Positions 39,981 to 50,389 of a stretch of 64,000 bases of DNA are shown here, one piece after another. The notes under the pieces were generated by a model, which was given only the letters and a program-made list of their open reading frames with translations, searched no databases and was not told the origin of the DNA. Source of the stretch: Candidatus Binatia bacterium. GTDB taxonomy: Bacteria; Desulfobacterota; Binatia; UBA9968; CAXXLF01. The first letter of the stretch is position 1, and each line of letters begins with the position of its first letter. A program made the translations under genes and the position numbers. Where the stretch lies: the NCBI GenBank assembly GCA_963664015.2, contig CAXXLF010000002.1, positions 576,001-640,000 on the forward strand, given 5' to 3'.

Positions 39981-41321
39981 GTGTCCACGAAAGAGAAAGC
40001 CCTCTCCATTGTTACGCGCCTACACGAGGAGGGGTATCTTGCCTATCTGGCCGGCGGCTGCGTACGGGACGGTCTTCTGGGTAAAGAACCCAAAGACTAC
40101 GACATCGCCACAGACGCGGAGCCGGAGCAGATCCAACACATCTTTCCTCAGACCCTTGCGGTAGGCTCTCAATTCGGCGTGGTTATGGTGATCCTGGATA
40201 GAGAGTCCTTTGCCGTAACCACTTTCCGCTTCGACGGGCCTTATCTGGACGGACGACACCCCAGTCATGTGCGCTTCGGCACCTTGGAAGAAGACGTGGC
40301 ACGACGGGACTTCACCATCAACGGAATGATGCTCGACCCGGAAGACAATCGGGTCATCGACCTCATTGGCGGTCAGATGGACCTGAAGCAAAGGGTAATC
40401 CGCGCCATCGGAGATCCCAACCAACGCTTCGAAGAGGACCGGCTTCGCATGATTCGCGCCATTCGTTTCGCGGCCGGTCTTAATTTCACCATCGAGGAGA
40501 AGACCCATGCCGCCGTACGGCAACAGGCATCAAAGATCACTCAAGTCGCATGGGAACGGATTGGCGACGAGACAACACGGGTGCTGACGGAAGGCGGGGC
40601 CAAGAGGGGCTTCGAGCTCATGAACGAGACCGGCCTGCTCAAAGTCTTGATGCCCGAAATCGAGAACATGAAGGGAGTCGAGCAGAGCCCCAACTATCAC
40701 CCCGAGGGAGATGTATTTTCCCATACAATGAATCTTCTCGGCCATCTGGACAATGCAACCGAAACCCTGGCCTACGGCTGCCTGCTCCACGACGTGGCCA
40801 AGCCCGTATGCTTCAAACGACGAGAGCATAAGATCACCTTCTACAACCACCCCAATAAGGGCGCCGAGATGGCCGTGGAGATGTTGAAACGCTTCAAGCG
40901 CAGCCGGAGCACTTGGGAACGTGTCGAGTACCTGGTGCGCAGTCACCTGCACTACACCCAGGCGCCCAATATGAAACTCAGCACCCTAAAGAAATTCCTC
41001 GGCGGAAACGGCATCGGAGAGCTATTGGAGCTATGCCGCATTGATGCCCTGTCATCCAACGATGACCTGCAGTATTACAATTTTTGCAGACAGAAGTTAT
41101 CAGAATTGAAGAGCGAAGAGATCCATCCTGAACCACTACTTCGCGGAAAGGATCTTATTGCCATGGGGTTTTCGCCCGGCCCCATCTTTCAGACTATCTT
41201 GAAGCAACTCGAAGAAGGCCAGCTCAACGGCGAGGTTCTCAGCCGAGAACAAGCACGGGAATGGGTCATCAAGCAATACGGAGTCCAGACAACACCCCCT
41301 CGTCAACCGGAGAAAGAATAA
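39981..41321 (+). CDS. cca: CCA tRNA nucleotidyltransferase with HD domain
   Basis: GGCVRD, DYDIAT, RRDFTIN, EDRLR..RA.RF, HPEGDV, LLHDVAK. Confidence 0.92.
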   Translation: MSTKEKALSIVTRLHEEGYLAYLAGGCVRDGLLGKEPKDYDIATDAEPEQIQHIFPQTLAVGSQFGVVMVILDRESFAVTTFRFDGPYLDGRHPSHVRFGTLEEDVARRDFTINGMMLDPEDNRVIDLIGGQMDLKQRVIRAIGDPNQRFEEDRLRMIRAIRFAAGLNFTIEEKTHAAVRQQASKITQVAWERIGDETTRVLTEGGAKRGFELMNETGLLKVLMPEIENMKGVEQSPNYHPEGDVFSHTMNLLGHLDNATETLAYGCLLHDVAKPVCFKRREHKITFYNHPNKGAEMAVEMLKRFKRSRSTWERVEYLVRSHLHYTQAPNMKLSTLKKFLGGNGIGELLELCRIDALSSNDDLQYYNFCRQKLSELKSEEIHPEPLLRGKDLIAMGFSPGPIFQTILKQLEEGQLNGEVLSREQAREWVIKQYGVQTTPPRQPEKE

Positions 41322-41375
41322 CGGGAAGGATGTTGTTCATGAAAGTTTGGAAGCGGATCCGCCTAGGTTTTTCGT

Positions 41376-42176
41376 TTATTCGCGATGGGGGACCTTCAGG
41401 ACCAGACATTTGGCGCTGCCACCGGCCTTGATAAACTCGCTCAAAGGGGTCTCGTAGACGGCAAACCCCATGGCTTCCAACTTGGAGCGCACTTCAGGGC
41501 ACCCCTTGTTCATAACGACGTTGCCACCGTCCACGATCGCATTGCAGGCAAAATTTCCAGCCTCCGCCTCGGGAACCGGGATCAGCGTGGAGATTCGCTC
41601 TTCCATCACCTTAATCGCATAAGCGTCGAAGGCGCCCGGGTAGTACAGGGCGCGGTTCTCTCCCAGTGGACAAAAGCAGGTGTCCAGATGATAGAACCAC
41701 TCGTTGGTCAGTTCCAGCGACAGGACTTCGTGGTTGAGGATTTTGGCGATCTCCTCATGGGGCCGAATCTCCGACCGGATATGGTACCCCCCAAAAAAGG
41801 CATCACCGCACATCAAGAGATCACCCTCACCCTCAAAAGGACTCTCGGCGGGCAGGTTGAACATTTCGTAGCCTCTGACCTGGAACCAGTTCTCGAAATG
41901 GGGCGTTTCCCCGCGACGGACTTCATGGTGGAATTGGCTGACGATAAACTTGTTTTCCCAGACCATCCCGGCGTTGGCCGTAAAAACCATGTCGGGCAGA
42001 CCGGAGCGGGGCTCGACCAGGACCACATCCACACCGAGTTTATCCTGCAGTAGCCGATTCAGGCGCCGCCACTGATCCTTGGCAACGTCCGGGTTACTTG
42101 GCTGCTGGCGTCTCATCCACGGGTTGATCTCGTATTCGATACCGTAATAGATAGGCGGACACATTAATAACTGCAT
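41376..42176 (-). CDS. Guanidino-group-modifying enzyme (DDAH/amidinotransferase fold; arginine dihydrolase-like)
   Basis: INPWM, LPDMVFTANAG, FEGEGD, YHLDTCF, KAGGSAKCL. Confidence 0.85.
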   Translation of the reverse strand: MQLLMCPPIYYGIEYEINPWMRRQQPSNPDVAKDQWRRLNRLLQDKLGVDVVLVEPRSGLPDMVFTANAGMVWENKFIVSQFHHEVRRGETPHFENWFQVRGYEMFNLPAESPFEGEGDLLMCGDAFFGGYHIRSEIRPHEEIAKILNHEVLSLELTNEWFYHLDTCFCPLGENRALYYPGAFDAYAIKVMEERISTLIPVPEAEAGNFACNAIVDGGNVVMNKGCPEVRSKLEAMGFAVYETPLSEFIKAGGSAKCLVLKVPHRE

Positions 42177-42420
42177 ATCAAAATCCCACTTATCCTTTGC
42201 TTTAAATGGATTTTAGTTTTCCACTTTAATCTCTTACCTTTTTACTTGCGCCTTAATACTTCCCCCTTTTTTAATATGCCTTACTTCACCGCCTGGCAAA
42301 TTCCCCCAGCTCGGCATGTGGCATTGATCGCCCAGAGGTGATGCTCATGCCCCTCACTGGCGCGAATCTTCTTGTCCAGATACACTCCGAGAGAGGTTAC
42401 ATAGAGCGTACAGGTGCAGT

Positions 42421-43398
42421 CTAGCGAAAGAGTGCCCGCGCGTTGCCGCCGAGAAGCTTTCTCTTCGCCTGCGGCGTGAGATTTGCCTTCTCAACGATGC
42501 GGACCGCATTGCCGAGCATACCGATGGTGGGATAGTCGCTTCCCAGAAGCACCTGTCCTTCCCCCATGGAGTGCACCGCAAAGGTGAGCTCCTCGGGAAC
42601 CCAGAAGGGCGGCGCCGTATCGATAAAGATCCTTTTACGATAGCGGTCAAAGAAATCCTTAGGGCGCTGATCCCAGAAAGAAGGATTAAGGCGGTTTTTC
42701 AAGGCAAAAAAAGCGCCGCCCATATGGGAGAATACGAAACGGAGATTCGGGAAGCGATCGAGAGTGCCGCTCAACATTAATCGGGTCATGTTAATGGTCG
42801 TGTCGATGGCACGGCCTAGATTTCTCGTCAGATTGTACTGCTCCATACCGTGGGGATGGGCCATGGGTAACTCGCCGGCCGGATGCACCAGGATTGGCAC
42901 ATCCAGGTCGGACACCGCTTTGTAGAAGGGGTAAAGCTTCCGGTCGTCCATGAGAGTCCCCTTGATATGGGTGTTCATGGCCACGGCTTTGAAGCCCAGG
43001 TCGACAATGGCACGTTTCAATTCCCTGCGGGCATCGGCGGCAAGTGGGGGCACATGGGCGACGGGAACGATACGGTCGGGGAACTGTTCCGTCGTCTCCG
43101 CCATAGCGTCGTTGATCGAACGGGCTGCCTTGATATTGACCCAATCGAGCCAGACACCGACATGCAGTGCAGCCTGGTCCACTCCCGCTCGATCCATGGC
43201 CTTAATCTGGTCATGCATGCTGGCCGTGATCGGGGGAGGAGAAAAGAGCTGAACACCTTTGCGTGTAATTCGAAAGCGTCCAGACTTCCACACGACTTTC
43301 TCACCCCATCGGGTATAGGGTTCCGGCCGCAAATATTGCCCCTGGGGCATCCAGTGATGGTGAACGTCAACGACGAGATGTTTTTTACTCATGATCAA
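42421..43398 (-). CDS. Amidohydrolase_2 family protein (ACMSD-like decarboxylase/hydratase)
   Basis: DVHHH, VHP, HMGG, GSDYP. Confidence 0.88.
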   Translation of the reverse strand: MIMSKKHLVVDVHHHWMPQGQYLRPEPYTRWGEKVVWKSGRFRITRKGVQLFSPPPITASMHDQIKAMDRAGVDQAALHVGVWLDWVNIKAARSINDAMAETTEQFPDRIVPVAHVPPLAADARRELKRAIVDLGFKAVAMNTHIKGTLMDDRKLYPFYKAVSDLDVPILVHPAGELPMAHPHGMEQYNLTRNLGRAIDTTINMTRLMLSGTLDRFPNLRFVFSHMGGAFFALKNRLNPSFWDQRPKDFFDRYRKRIFIDTAPPFWVPEELTFAVHSMGEGQVLLGSDYPTIGMLGNAVRIVEKANLTPQAKRKLLGGNARALFR

Positions 43399-43425
43399 GC
43401 TCTCTCCTGCTCGGATCCCAAGAAC

Positions 43426-43871
43426 TCAGCTTTCGGCGAAAACCACAGCCTTTTTACCCCGTTCACCGATAATGACGGTCAGGAATTTGGTTAGGGATGT
43501 ACCCGGGTTTTTGTTGTTCACCCAGATTATACCGTATTCCAGGAGCCCCTGACCGGCCCGATATTCTGTCTGCCTACCATCGTCCATTTGGACAACGAGA
43601 ATCCCCTCAAGGACGTACAGATAGGTCGGGCCCGGATGGTAATGCCGGCCGGTCTCCCCCCCCGGTTTAATCTGGACCAGGTGCGACACAATCTGAGCGG
43701 CATGGTTTTAGGGTAAATGATTCTTTTTCCGCTCAGGGTTTCCCCATGCTGTGCCACGACGGTCGCCGAGAAGCGGTCATTGCCGATCTTCTTCCGTCTA
43801 TCGCTAGCCATAACCAGCGAGCAGGTGATCAGCAGGAGCAGAGCCCAAATTAAAATTCGAGAATCACCCAC
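43426..43871 (-). pseudogene. Secreted cupin protein, frameshifted near 43700
   Basis: Signal peptide and TLSGKRIIYP in one frame; PGGETGRHYHPGP.YVLEG in another. Confidence 0.7.
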
Positions 43872-44182
43872 CGTCTTCCTTGCTACTGCAAACAAGTGGC
43901 TCTGTCTTTGTCGATTTACTCGATCCAATCCCAATTCTGAATTCCGCCCCGTTATATTAGCAAGATGGATTCTTTACCAATCGGTGTTTTAGGCCTCAGT
44001 TAAGATAGGCGTTTTTGAATACGCTGAAGAAGCGTTTGCTCAGCATAGTTCGACGTGAACGAGTCATTAGACCAAGTTAGGCGAATGTTAGCGCTGCCCC
44101 AAGGGATTGTAAAGAAATTTTTTCAGCAAGTGGTCTAGCGCAGACAGGATCGTAGATGGTAAACCCCGGTGCTCCTCCGCCG

Positions 44183-44545
44183 TCACTCGTCGCGGTGCAC
44201 GGCCTCCAGGGAAAAGGCCGGATGACACACGGCGATGTATTCGGCACCATCGGGGCCCGGGGTACTGTACTGAACCCATTCGCCGCGGGGCACGAGAAGC
44301 GCCGAGCCCGCCTTGATTTCAAGGAAGCCGTTTTCAGTTTTGATATGCAGCTCGCCCCGAATAACGACAGTGTATTCGTCGAATTCGGGACGCTGCCCCG
44401 GCTCGACCCATCCGCTGGGACTTTTCATTCGGGCAATGCTCAGCGCATCGGTCTTGGAGTTGACCCTTCCCACGTACTCTTCGATCACCTTGGGCTTATT
44501 GCCCGCGGAGGAAATAATGGACGGTTTATCAATCACAATAGGCAT
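44183..44545 (-). CDS. Cupin domain protein (EutQ-like)
   Basis: GWVEPGQRPEFDEYT, GEWVQYSTP. Confidence 0.8.
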   Translation of the reverse strand: MPIVIDKPSIISSAGNKPKVIEEYVGRVNSKTDALSIARMKSPSGWVEPGQRPEFDEYTVVIRGELHIKTENGFLEIKAGSALLVPRGEWVQYSTPGPDGAEYIAVCHPAFSLEAVHRDE

Positions 44546-44631
44546 GCTTGTACCTTTCCTTAGTCTGTTCGCTAAAATTCTTAAATGGAATCATACCGGC
44601 TTGTTGCATATGAGGCTTTTTCAGCAGCCCG

Positions 44632-45387
44632 CTAGATACCCCAGGCGCCGCTGAGATGAATGTTCGTCCCGTTCACGTAGCGAGACTCGTCGGATAGAAG
44701 GTAACGGACAACCGAGGCGGCGTCGTCGAGGGAGCCGATGTAGCCGGCGGGGATGCGTTTGGCCATTGGAGCCAGCTCGTCTGCGGGGGCGCTTCCCGAA
44801 TCGATAAACCCCGGCGAGATGGAGTTGACGGTGATACCATGGGGAGCCAGGAGCCGCGCCAGGGAGCGGGCAACGACGAGCACACCGACCTTGGAGATAT
44901 AGTGGGCAGTCAACTGGGGTTGGGCGATCAGCTGGTCCGCATTGGCCATGCTGAAGCACACTATCCTCCCCCACTTGCGCTGGATCATACCCGGCGCGAC
45001 CGCGCGACTCAGGTAAAAGACAGGATGCAGGTTGTTGTCGAACATGGAGTGCCAACCCTCGACGGTCTCCTCAAGCAGGTTGACCCGGTGATAGGGGCCG
45101 GCGCAGTTGATCAAGGCGTCGATCCGCCCCCATTGCCCTTCTACCTGCCGGACAAAGGCTTCGGCGGCAGCGGGGTTGGAGACGTCGCACTGGACCACCA
45201 TCCCCCGATTCCCTTTTTCCTCGAGAGCAGCGACGACCTCTTTCCCCTCCAGGGCGCTCGTCCGGTAGCAAAGGGCCACCGACCAGCCCTGGGATCCCAG
45301 ATCCAGGGCAACGGCCCGACCTATACCACGCGCCCCTCCCGTGATCAGTGCTACTCGCTCGCCCACATGCCCTCCTTCGGCGTTCAC
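44632..45387 (-). CDS. Short-chain dehydrogenase/reductase
   Basis: TGGARGIG, NCAG, YISK, VNSISPG. Confidence 0.92.
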   Translation of the reverse strand: MNAEGGHVGERVALITGGARGIGRAVALDLGSQGWSVALCYRTSALEGKEVVAALEEKGNRGMVVQCDVSNPAAAEAFVRQVEGQWGRIDALINCAGPYHRVNLLEETVEGWHSMFDNNLHPVFYLSRAVAPGMIQRKWGRIVCFSMANADQLIAQPQLTAHYISKVGVLVVARSLARLLAPHGITVNSISPGFIDSGSAPADELAPMAKRIPAGYIGSLDDAASVVRYLLSDESRYVNGTNIHLSGAWGI

Positions 45388-45407
45388 CCGCGGCCCAACT
45401 ACAACAG

Positions 45408-47645
45408 CTATGACGGCTCGGGAATGAACGGCTTAAACTTCTGGTACAACTCTTTGAGCTTGCCCATGTAATGCTCGACGTTTTGGTCCGGTTGCTTGGG
45501 GTCCCACAGAGAAACCAGCTTACTGTTCTCGCTAACCTTGACCTTCGCCGTCTTGCCGGTAACGTAGTAGGAGATTTGATCGCCCGGCTGGTAGGACCGC
45601 TCCGCTCTCAACGCCAGTTCGTAGGCTGCCGCTGCGTTTCGTTTTTTTGATTTGACCTTCATTTGATAATTATCGAGGGAGTCCTGCAGGGTCTCGGTCT
45701 TCATCAGCCGGGAGATATCGATACGGTGATTTTCCAGATCGTCCAGATACCGAACGTAAAGGGAATCGATCTTGTCACTCTCTCCCTTCAGCAATAAGTG
45801 CAGCATCTCCTCCATCCATTGCCGCTGGAACAACTCGAGACCTCGGGAGCGAAGACCCGAGCCCTTGATGAGCAACCGGCCTTTGGTATCGAGCAAGGCG
45901 TAGTTCTTCATCTTGTAGCTGAACATAGCCTCGTAACGGCCGTCCAATTCCAGCTCGATGCCCTCCGGGAGCGAGGCGGAAAGCTCATCTATCAGTTTTT
46001 CCTCATCGCCCTCGCTTTGGACCCCTTGCGGCGGCACGAAATAGATCCCGTCGGTGTCTATCTCAATGACCTGGGCCCCTTCTTTCTTTAGCGAGGCGAC
46101 GGCCGATTGAATGAGCTCCCTACCCTTGGCGGTAACCTGGTTGGCCGCTCCGTAGTCGTTGAAGTGGCCCATACTGAAACCGAGGTAACCATAGAAGGAG
46201 TTGATCAGGATTTTGAAGGTAGACTGGAGCGCCGAAAAATAAATCTGACCCTCCTGGCCCTCGGCCTCTCGGGCCATCTGCTTGGCCTTGACCCGGAACT
46301 CCCTCAAGTCGCGCAATAGGCCATGGGAGATCTTCAGCTCGTCCCGCTCCGGGGAAAAACCATAGGCAAGCATGATGGACGGGTAAAGAGAGGTCACGTC
46401 ACAGTGCAAGACATGTTTGGCCACACCCTGGAACTCGATCTCCGTGTACCCACCGACCACGTCCTTCCCTTGCTCTGGCTTGGGGATAGCATGACCCTGA
46501 TTGAGGTACTCCCGTAGAAAGAGAGAATTGATCTTGGTGGCGTTACCCCGCAGGGCGACGTTTTGATAGTTGTAGGGGAAGATCTGGGCCTCAACGAAGT
46601 AACTCTGGGAAAGCAGCTCCGAGATAGCCCGCGTTTCGCGCACATCGTCCAGGGCGTAACGAAAAAGCGTATCCGGATCGTTGTCGAAGTACCAGCTCGC
46701 CTTCTCGCCCGGGATATAGGTACGTTCAGGGGAGGCTACACCGAAGTGGCGTGCGATCTGCTTGAGGCCATACCCCGGAAGTTCCCGCGCGGTCACATCG
46801 TAGTGTTGGGCAAGGATCCAGGTGTCGATAATGTGGCGACCGTAGATCTCATACTTGCGATACGCAATCGCCCTTTCGGCGACCTGCATCCGTGAAGGGT
46901 GGCCTTTGAGAAGACTCTCGTCCCTTCCCAGGGTCAACTTGACGCCACACCGACGGGCCCGGGTCTCCAGGTATTCCAGATCGAAGCGGAAAAAGTTGTG
47001 CCCCTCAATGACATCCGGATCCCGTTCCTTAACCTCCCGGACCATCTGGTCGATCATCTCGGCCTCGCTGTGCTCCTTCCCCGATATGAGCCTCTCCCAT
47101 CCGGTAGAGTCCGACATGGCGATAGCCGTCACACGGTCCGTTTCCCGATGGGCATTGGGGAACTCGAAACCTTCCGCGCAGTAAGTCTCGATATCAATCT
47201 GCATGCGCTTGAGATCGCCGAAAGGCAATCCCAGAAAATGGGTTTTACCGGATTGCAGGAGATAGAGGTGGACCGGATCGTTGATATAAAGGTAGGGAGC
47301 ATCCGTGGCCGATGTCCCCCGGCCGGTTTTCTTCTGTAAATGGGACTTGGCCGACTCCAGCTCTTTGAGATCGGCGAACCGGATCAGGCAATTGAACGGT
47401 CCGCCGCCCTTCAGATGTTCGAGGTTGAAATCACCCTTGAAACCCTTCAACCACTTTTCGTCCTCCACCCAAAGAAACGGTTCGAAGGGAACCGTCTCAA
47501 ATCCTGTTGCCCCCCCCTTACGGGAATAAATTCGTATCCGATCCCCACCCTCGACCTCGAAGGCAAGCAGCCCCGGAGTGAAATCCCGGCCGAAAAGAAC
47601 TCTGTTCTGATGAAAGGGAAGATTCTGGCTCCAGTTTTGATCCAT
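45408..47645 (-). CDS. Family B DNA polymerase with intact 3'-5' exonuclease motifs
   Basis: DIET, GHNFFRFD, YALDD, DVTSLYPSIM, KILINSFYGY, IDTDG; start probably ATG 47645. Confidence 0.92.
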   Translation of the reverse strand: MDQNWSQNLPFHQNRVLFGRDFTPGLLAFEVEGGDRIRIYSRKGGATGFETVPFEPFLWVEDEKWLKGFKGDFNLEHLKGGGPFNCLIRFADLKELESAKSHLQKKTGRGTSATDAPYLYINDPVHLYLLQSGKTHFLGLPFGDLKRMQIDIETYCAEGFEFPNAHRETDRVTAIAMSDSTGWERLISGKEHSEAEMIDQMVREVKERDPDVIEGHNFFRFDLEYLETRARRCGVKLTLGRDESLLKGHPSRMQVAERAIAYRKYEIYGRHIIDTWILAQHYDVTARELPGYGLKQIARHFGVASPERTYIPGEKASWYFDNDPDTLFRYALDDVRETRAISELLSQSYFVEAQIFPYNYQNVALRGNATKINSLFLREYLNQGHAIPKPEQGKDVVGGYTEIEFQGVAKHVLHCDVTSLYPSIMLAYGFSPERDELKISHGLLRDLREFRVKAKQMAREAEGQEGQIYFSALQSTFKILINSFYGYLGFSMGHFNDYGAANQVTAKGRELIQSAVASLKKEGAQVIEIDTDGIYFVPPQGVQSEGDEEKLIDELSASLPEGIELELDGRYEAMFSYKMKNYALLDTKGRLLIKGSGLRSRGLELFQRQWMEEMLHLLLKGESDKIDSLYVRYLDDLENHRIDISRLMKTETLQDSLDNYQMKVKSKKRNAAAAYELALRAERSYQPGDQISYYVTGKTAKVKVSENSKLVSLWDPKQPDQNVEHYMGKLKELYQKFKPFIPEPS

Positions 47646-48201
47646 GTCGAGTTCCAAGCACATCCTATTCATTTCAATCCCGCAGGGCAACTTCCTTGCC
47701 CGTCCAGCAGCAACGAGAAATTGTATCAGGGAGCCCGTACCCTTCCAAGAAAATATAGGCTCGGGCCACGTTTTTTTTCTATCCTCTAACATAGGTTGGC
47801 TCTACGAGCGGCAACGCAGCCAGTCGGATAGTTCGCTACGAAAACTGTTGTGGCGGCGCCTGCGGTCATTACAAAGTGTTCAGCGCTTTTGAAAAGACCC
47901 CATCCACAACATTACATATAAGCGACAGGCTCCTGATTTATTAGAGCAATCGCCCACGCACCAGCAAAACATTTAGCCATTGCCCCTTGATCCAGACTAA
48001 TCGTTGGGATAAGAGGTTGCATTCTGATTTATAGACTAGAGGGACCCTGCTCGTCATCTATTTCTTGTTCGTTTTTCTCTTTGAGATTCGTCTCTATCCG
48101 GGGGTTGTAGCCCAGACTTTCCTTGATTTTTGAGGAGATAGCTCTCCCTCGACTTCTTCCGTGCTGGCAGAAACCGCTCCAAGTGTGATAAAAATAAGAG
48201 T

Positions 48202-48981
48202 ATGGACCCTGTGGAATACGAGAGTCGCCCGACAATGACGCGGCCGGTCTTGGTCATTGCCTTTACCGGTTGGAACGATGCGGGCAGTGCTGCCAGTATG
48301 GCCGTACGCTATCTCATCGAACAGCTCTTCGCAACTAAATTTGCCACAGTCGATCCTGAAGAGTATTACGACTTTTCTGTCCAGCGACCGCAGGTACGTC
48401 TCGGCAAAGGATCGCAGCGCCAAATCCAATGGCCATCGTATGAATTCTACCACGGGTCGGGTATGGGGGTGGAGCATGACTTTGTATTTGCGACCGGGCC
48501 CGAGCCCAACCTTCATTGGAGGGGGTTTTGCGAGTTGATTCTCCGTCTGGCACGGGAGTGGAAAGTCGAAATGATCGTCACCCTTGGGGCCTACCTGGAT
48601 GAGGGCCTCTACACCCGTCCGGTTCCGCTGTCCGGCTTTTCCACAAACAAGAAATTCATTAAAGAGCTGGATCTGATCCCCTCACGTTACCAGGGCCCGA
48701 CGGGGATAATCGGAGTTCTCGGCGATATGTGCCGCAAGGGGTCGATTCCCAACATGAGCCTGTGGGCCTCCCTCCCCCACTACCTGCCGCCTTCCCCCAA
48801 CCCCCGGGGTAGTCTGGCGCTGATCTTGCGGCTTACCCAATGGCTCGGCCTGCGTATCGACACGTCTCCCCTGGAACGAGCGGCGGGTGAATATCAAAAG
48901 AAAGTCAACGAAATCATTAACAGCGATCCCAATCTTTCAGCCTTTATTCACGAACTTAAAAAACACGAATTCGATCAGTGA
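48202..48981 (+). CDS. PAC2-family (proteasome assembly chaperone-like) protein
   Basis: AFTGWNDAG.AAS, YDF...RP, GPEPN..W, YQGPTGI, PHY...PNP. Confidence 0.85.
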   Translation: MDPVEYESRPTMTRPVLVIAFTGWNDAGSAASMAVRYLIEQLFATKFATVDPEEYYDFSVQRPQVRLGKGSQRQIQWPSYEFYHGSGMGVEHDFVFATGPEPNLHWRGFCELILRLAREWKVEMIVTLGAYLDEGLYTRPVPLSGFSTNKKFIKELDLIPSRYQGPTGIIGVLGDMCRKGSIPNMSLWASLPHYLPPSPNPRGSLALILRLTQWLGLRIDTSPLERAAGEYQKKVNEIINSDPNLSAFIHELKKHEFDQ

Positions 48982-49679
48982 TGCTCTCTGTCTTGATGCC
49001 CGTCTACAACGAGGTCAACACGCTTACCGAAGCAATACGGCGAGTGCGGGGCGTCGATGTTCCAAAGGAGATCATTCTGATCGATGACGGGTCCACCGAT
49101 GGGAGCCGGGAGCTACTCGCCGGCCTTGAGAAAGAGCCCAAGGACCCGCAAAATCTGATAAAGGTAGTCTTCAAAACCGCGAACCAGGGAAAGGGCGCCG
49201 CGATCCGAACTGCTATCGAACATATCACCGGGGACGTGGTCATCATCCAGGACGCGGATCTCGAATACAACCCGCAAGACTACCCCAGATTGCTGGAACC
49301 CATCCAGTCAGGTGAAGCAGACGTTGTATATGGCACCCGCTTCTACGGTGGGGGCACCCACCGGGTCTTGTTTTTCTGGCACTCCGTCGGCAATCAAATC
49401 CTTACGTTGTTTTCCAACATTCTTACCAACCTCAATCTCTCCGACATGGAGGTCGGCTACAAGGCCATGCGCGCGGAAATCATCAGGAAACTCAACATCA
49501 AATCCAATCGCTTCGGAATCGAGCCTGAGATCACGGTAAAAGTGGCTAAAAAAGGGTACCGGATATACGAAGTCCCGATTTCCTATTACGGCAGAACCTA
49601 TAAAGAAGGGAAAAAGATCACCTGGAAGGACGGTTTTGCCGCTTTCTATTCTCTGATCAGATTCAAACTCATGGATTAA
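48981..49679 (+). CDS. Glycosyltransferase family 2 (DPM/polyprenol-phosphate type)
   Basis: MPVYNE, DDGSTDG, GKG.A, QDADLEY, GKKITWKDG; start overlaps the PAC2 stop. Confidence 0.92.
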   Translation: MLSVLMPVYNEVNTLTEAIRRVRGVDVPKEIILIDDGSTDGSRELLAGLEKEPKDPQNLIKVVFKTANQGKGAAIRTAIEHITGDVVIIQDADLEYNPQDYPRLLEPIQSGEADVVYGTRFYGGGTHRVLFFWHSVGNQILTLFSNILTNLNLSDMEVGYKAMRAEIIRKLNIKSNRFGIEPEITVKVAKKGYRIYEVPISYYGRTYKEGKKITWKDGFAAFYSLIRFKLMD

Positions 49680-49801
49680 CCCGCTTCAATTGTTTTCCTC
49701 TGTCCCTCCCCAAAGGCTAAAATCCTGTCATCAGTTTAGCCCCTTCGTTACGAAAGCTGTTATCGCCCGGCGCCCTCCTGTTACCGTCTACCCACCTTTA
49801 T

Positions 49802-49827
49802 GGAATAAACAGCCTCGCCAGGGTGTT
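49802..49827 (+). promoter_or_regulatory. Putative ECF autoregulatory promoter
   Basis: GGAATAAA...GTT upstream of the ECF gene, resembling the ECF26-type motif as recalled. Confidence 0.45.
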
Positions 49828-49883
49828 CGTCCTTATATAGATTTGACGTCAAAGCAGGGTTAAACCCAACTATTTATAAGCTC

Positions 49884-50389
49884 GTGAAACCAACGGAGGA
49901 AATGATAGCACTGATCCCGCGACTGCGCCGATATGCGCGGACTCTAACCGGGAGCCGCGCTCACGCTGACGATTTGGTGCAGGATACGCTTGAGCGGGCC
50001 CTGGGCCGCTTCCACCTCTGGTGGCGGGGCAGCAACCTCCGTGCCTGGCTTTTTACAATTATGCACAACGTCCATGCGAACCACGTGAGGGCGCACCAGA
50101 AGGAGCAGAGGGCGCGCTCGAAGAAGACGAGCTACAATTATCCACGAGACCAACGCAGGAAGACCGGATAGAAATTCGTCAGCTCCAGATCGCGCTCAAG
50201 CAACTTCCTTCCGACCAACGAAAGGTGCTGCTCCTGGTTGGCCTCGAGGAGATGTCCTATCGCGAAACATCCACAGTCCTCAACATTCCGGTTGGAACTG
50301 TAATGTCCCGTCTGGCGCGAGGACGCGAAAGGCTGCGCACTCTCATGCGAGACGATCGCCCTATTCCCTAACTCAAGGTGCTCAAATGA
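49884..50389 (+). pseudogene. ECF sigma factor (PrtI/ECF26-like), frameshift plus premature stop
   Basis: ADDLVQDTLERA and WLFTIMHN in one frame; region 4 (GTVMSRLARGR) in another; TAA before the LKVLK tail. Confidence 0.85.

Noticed and set aside
45408-47645. Prophage, casposon or pipolin around PolB
   Set aside because: No integrase, cas1, att or terminal repeats, or virion genes nearby.
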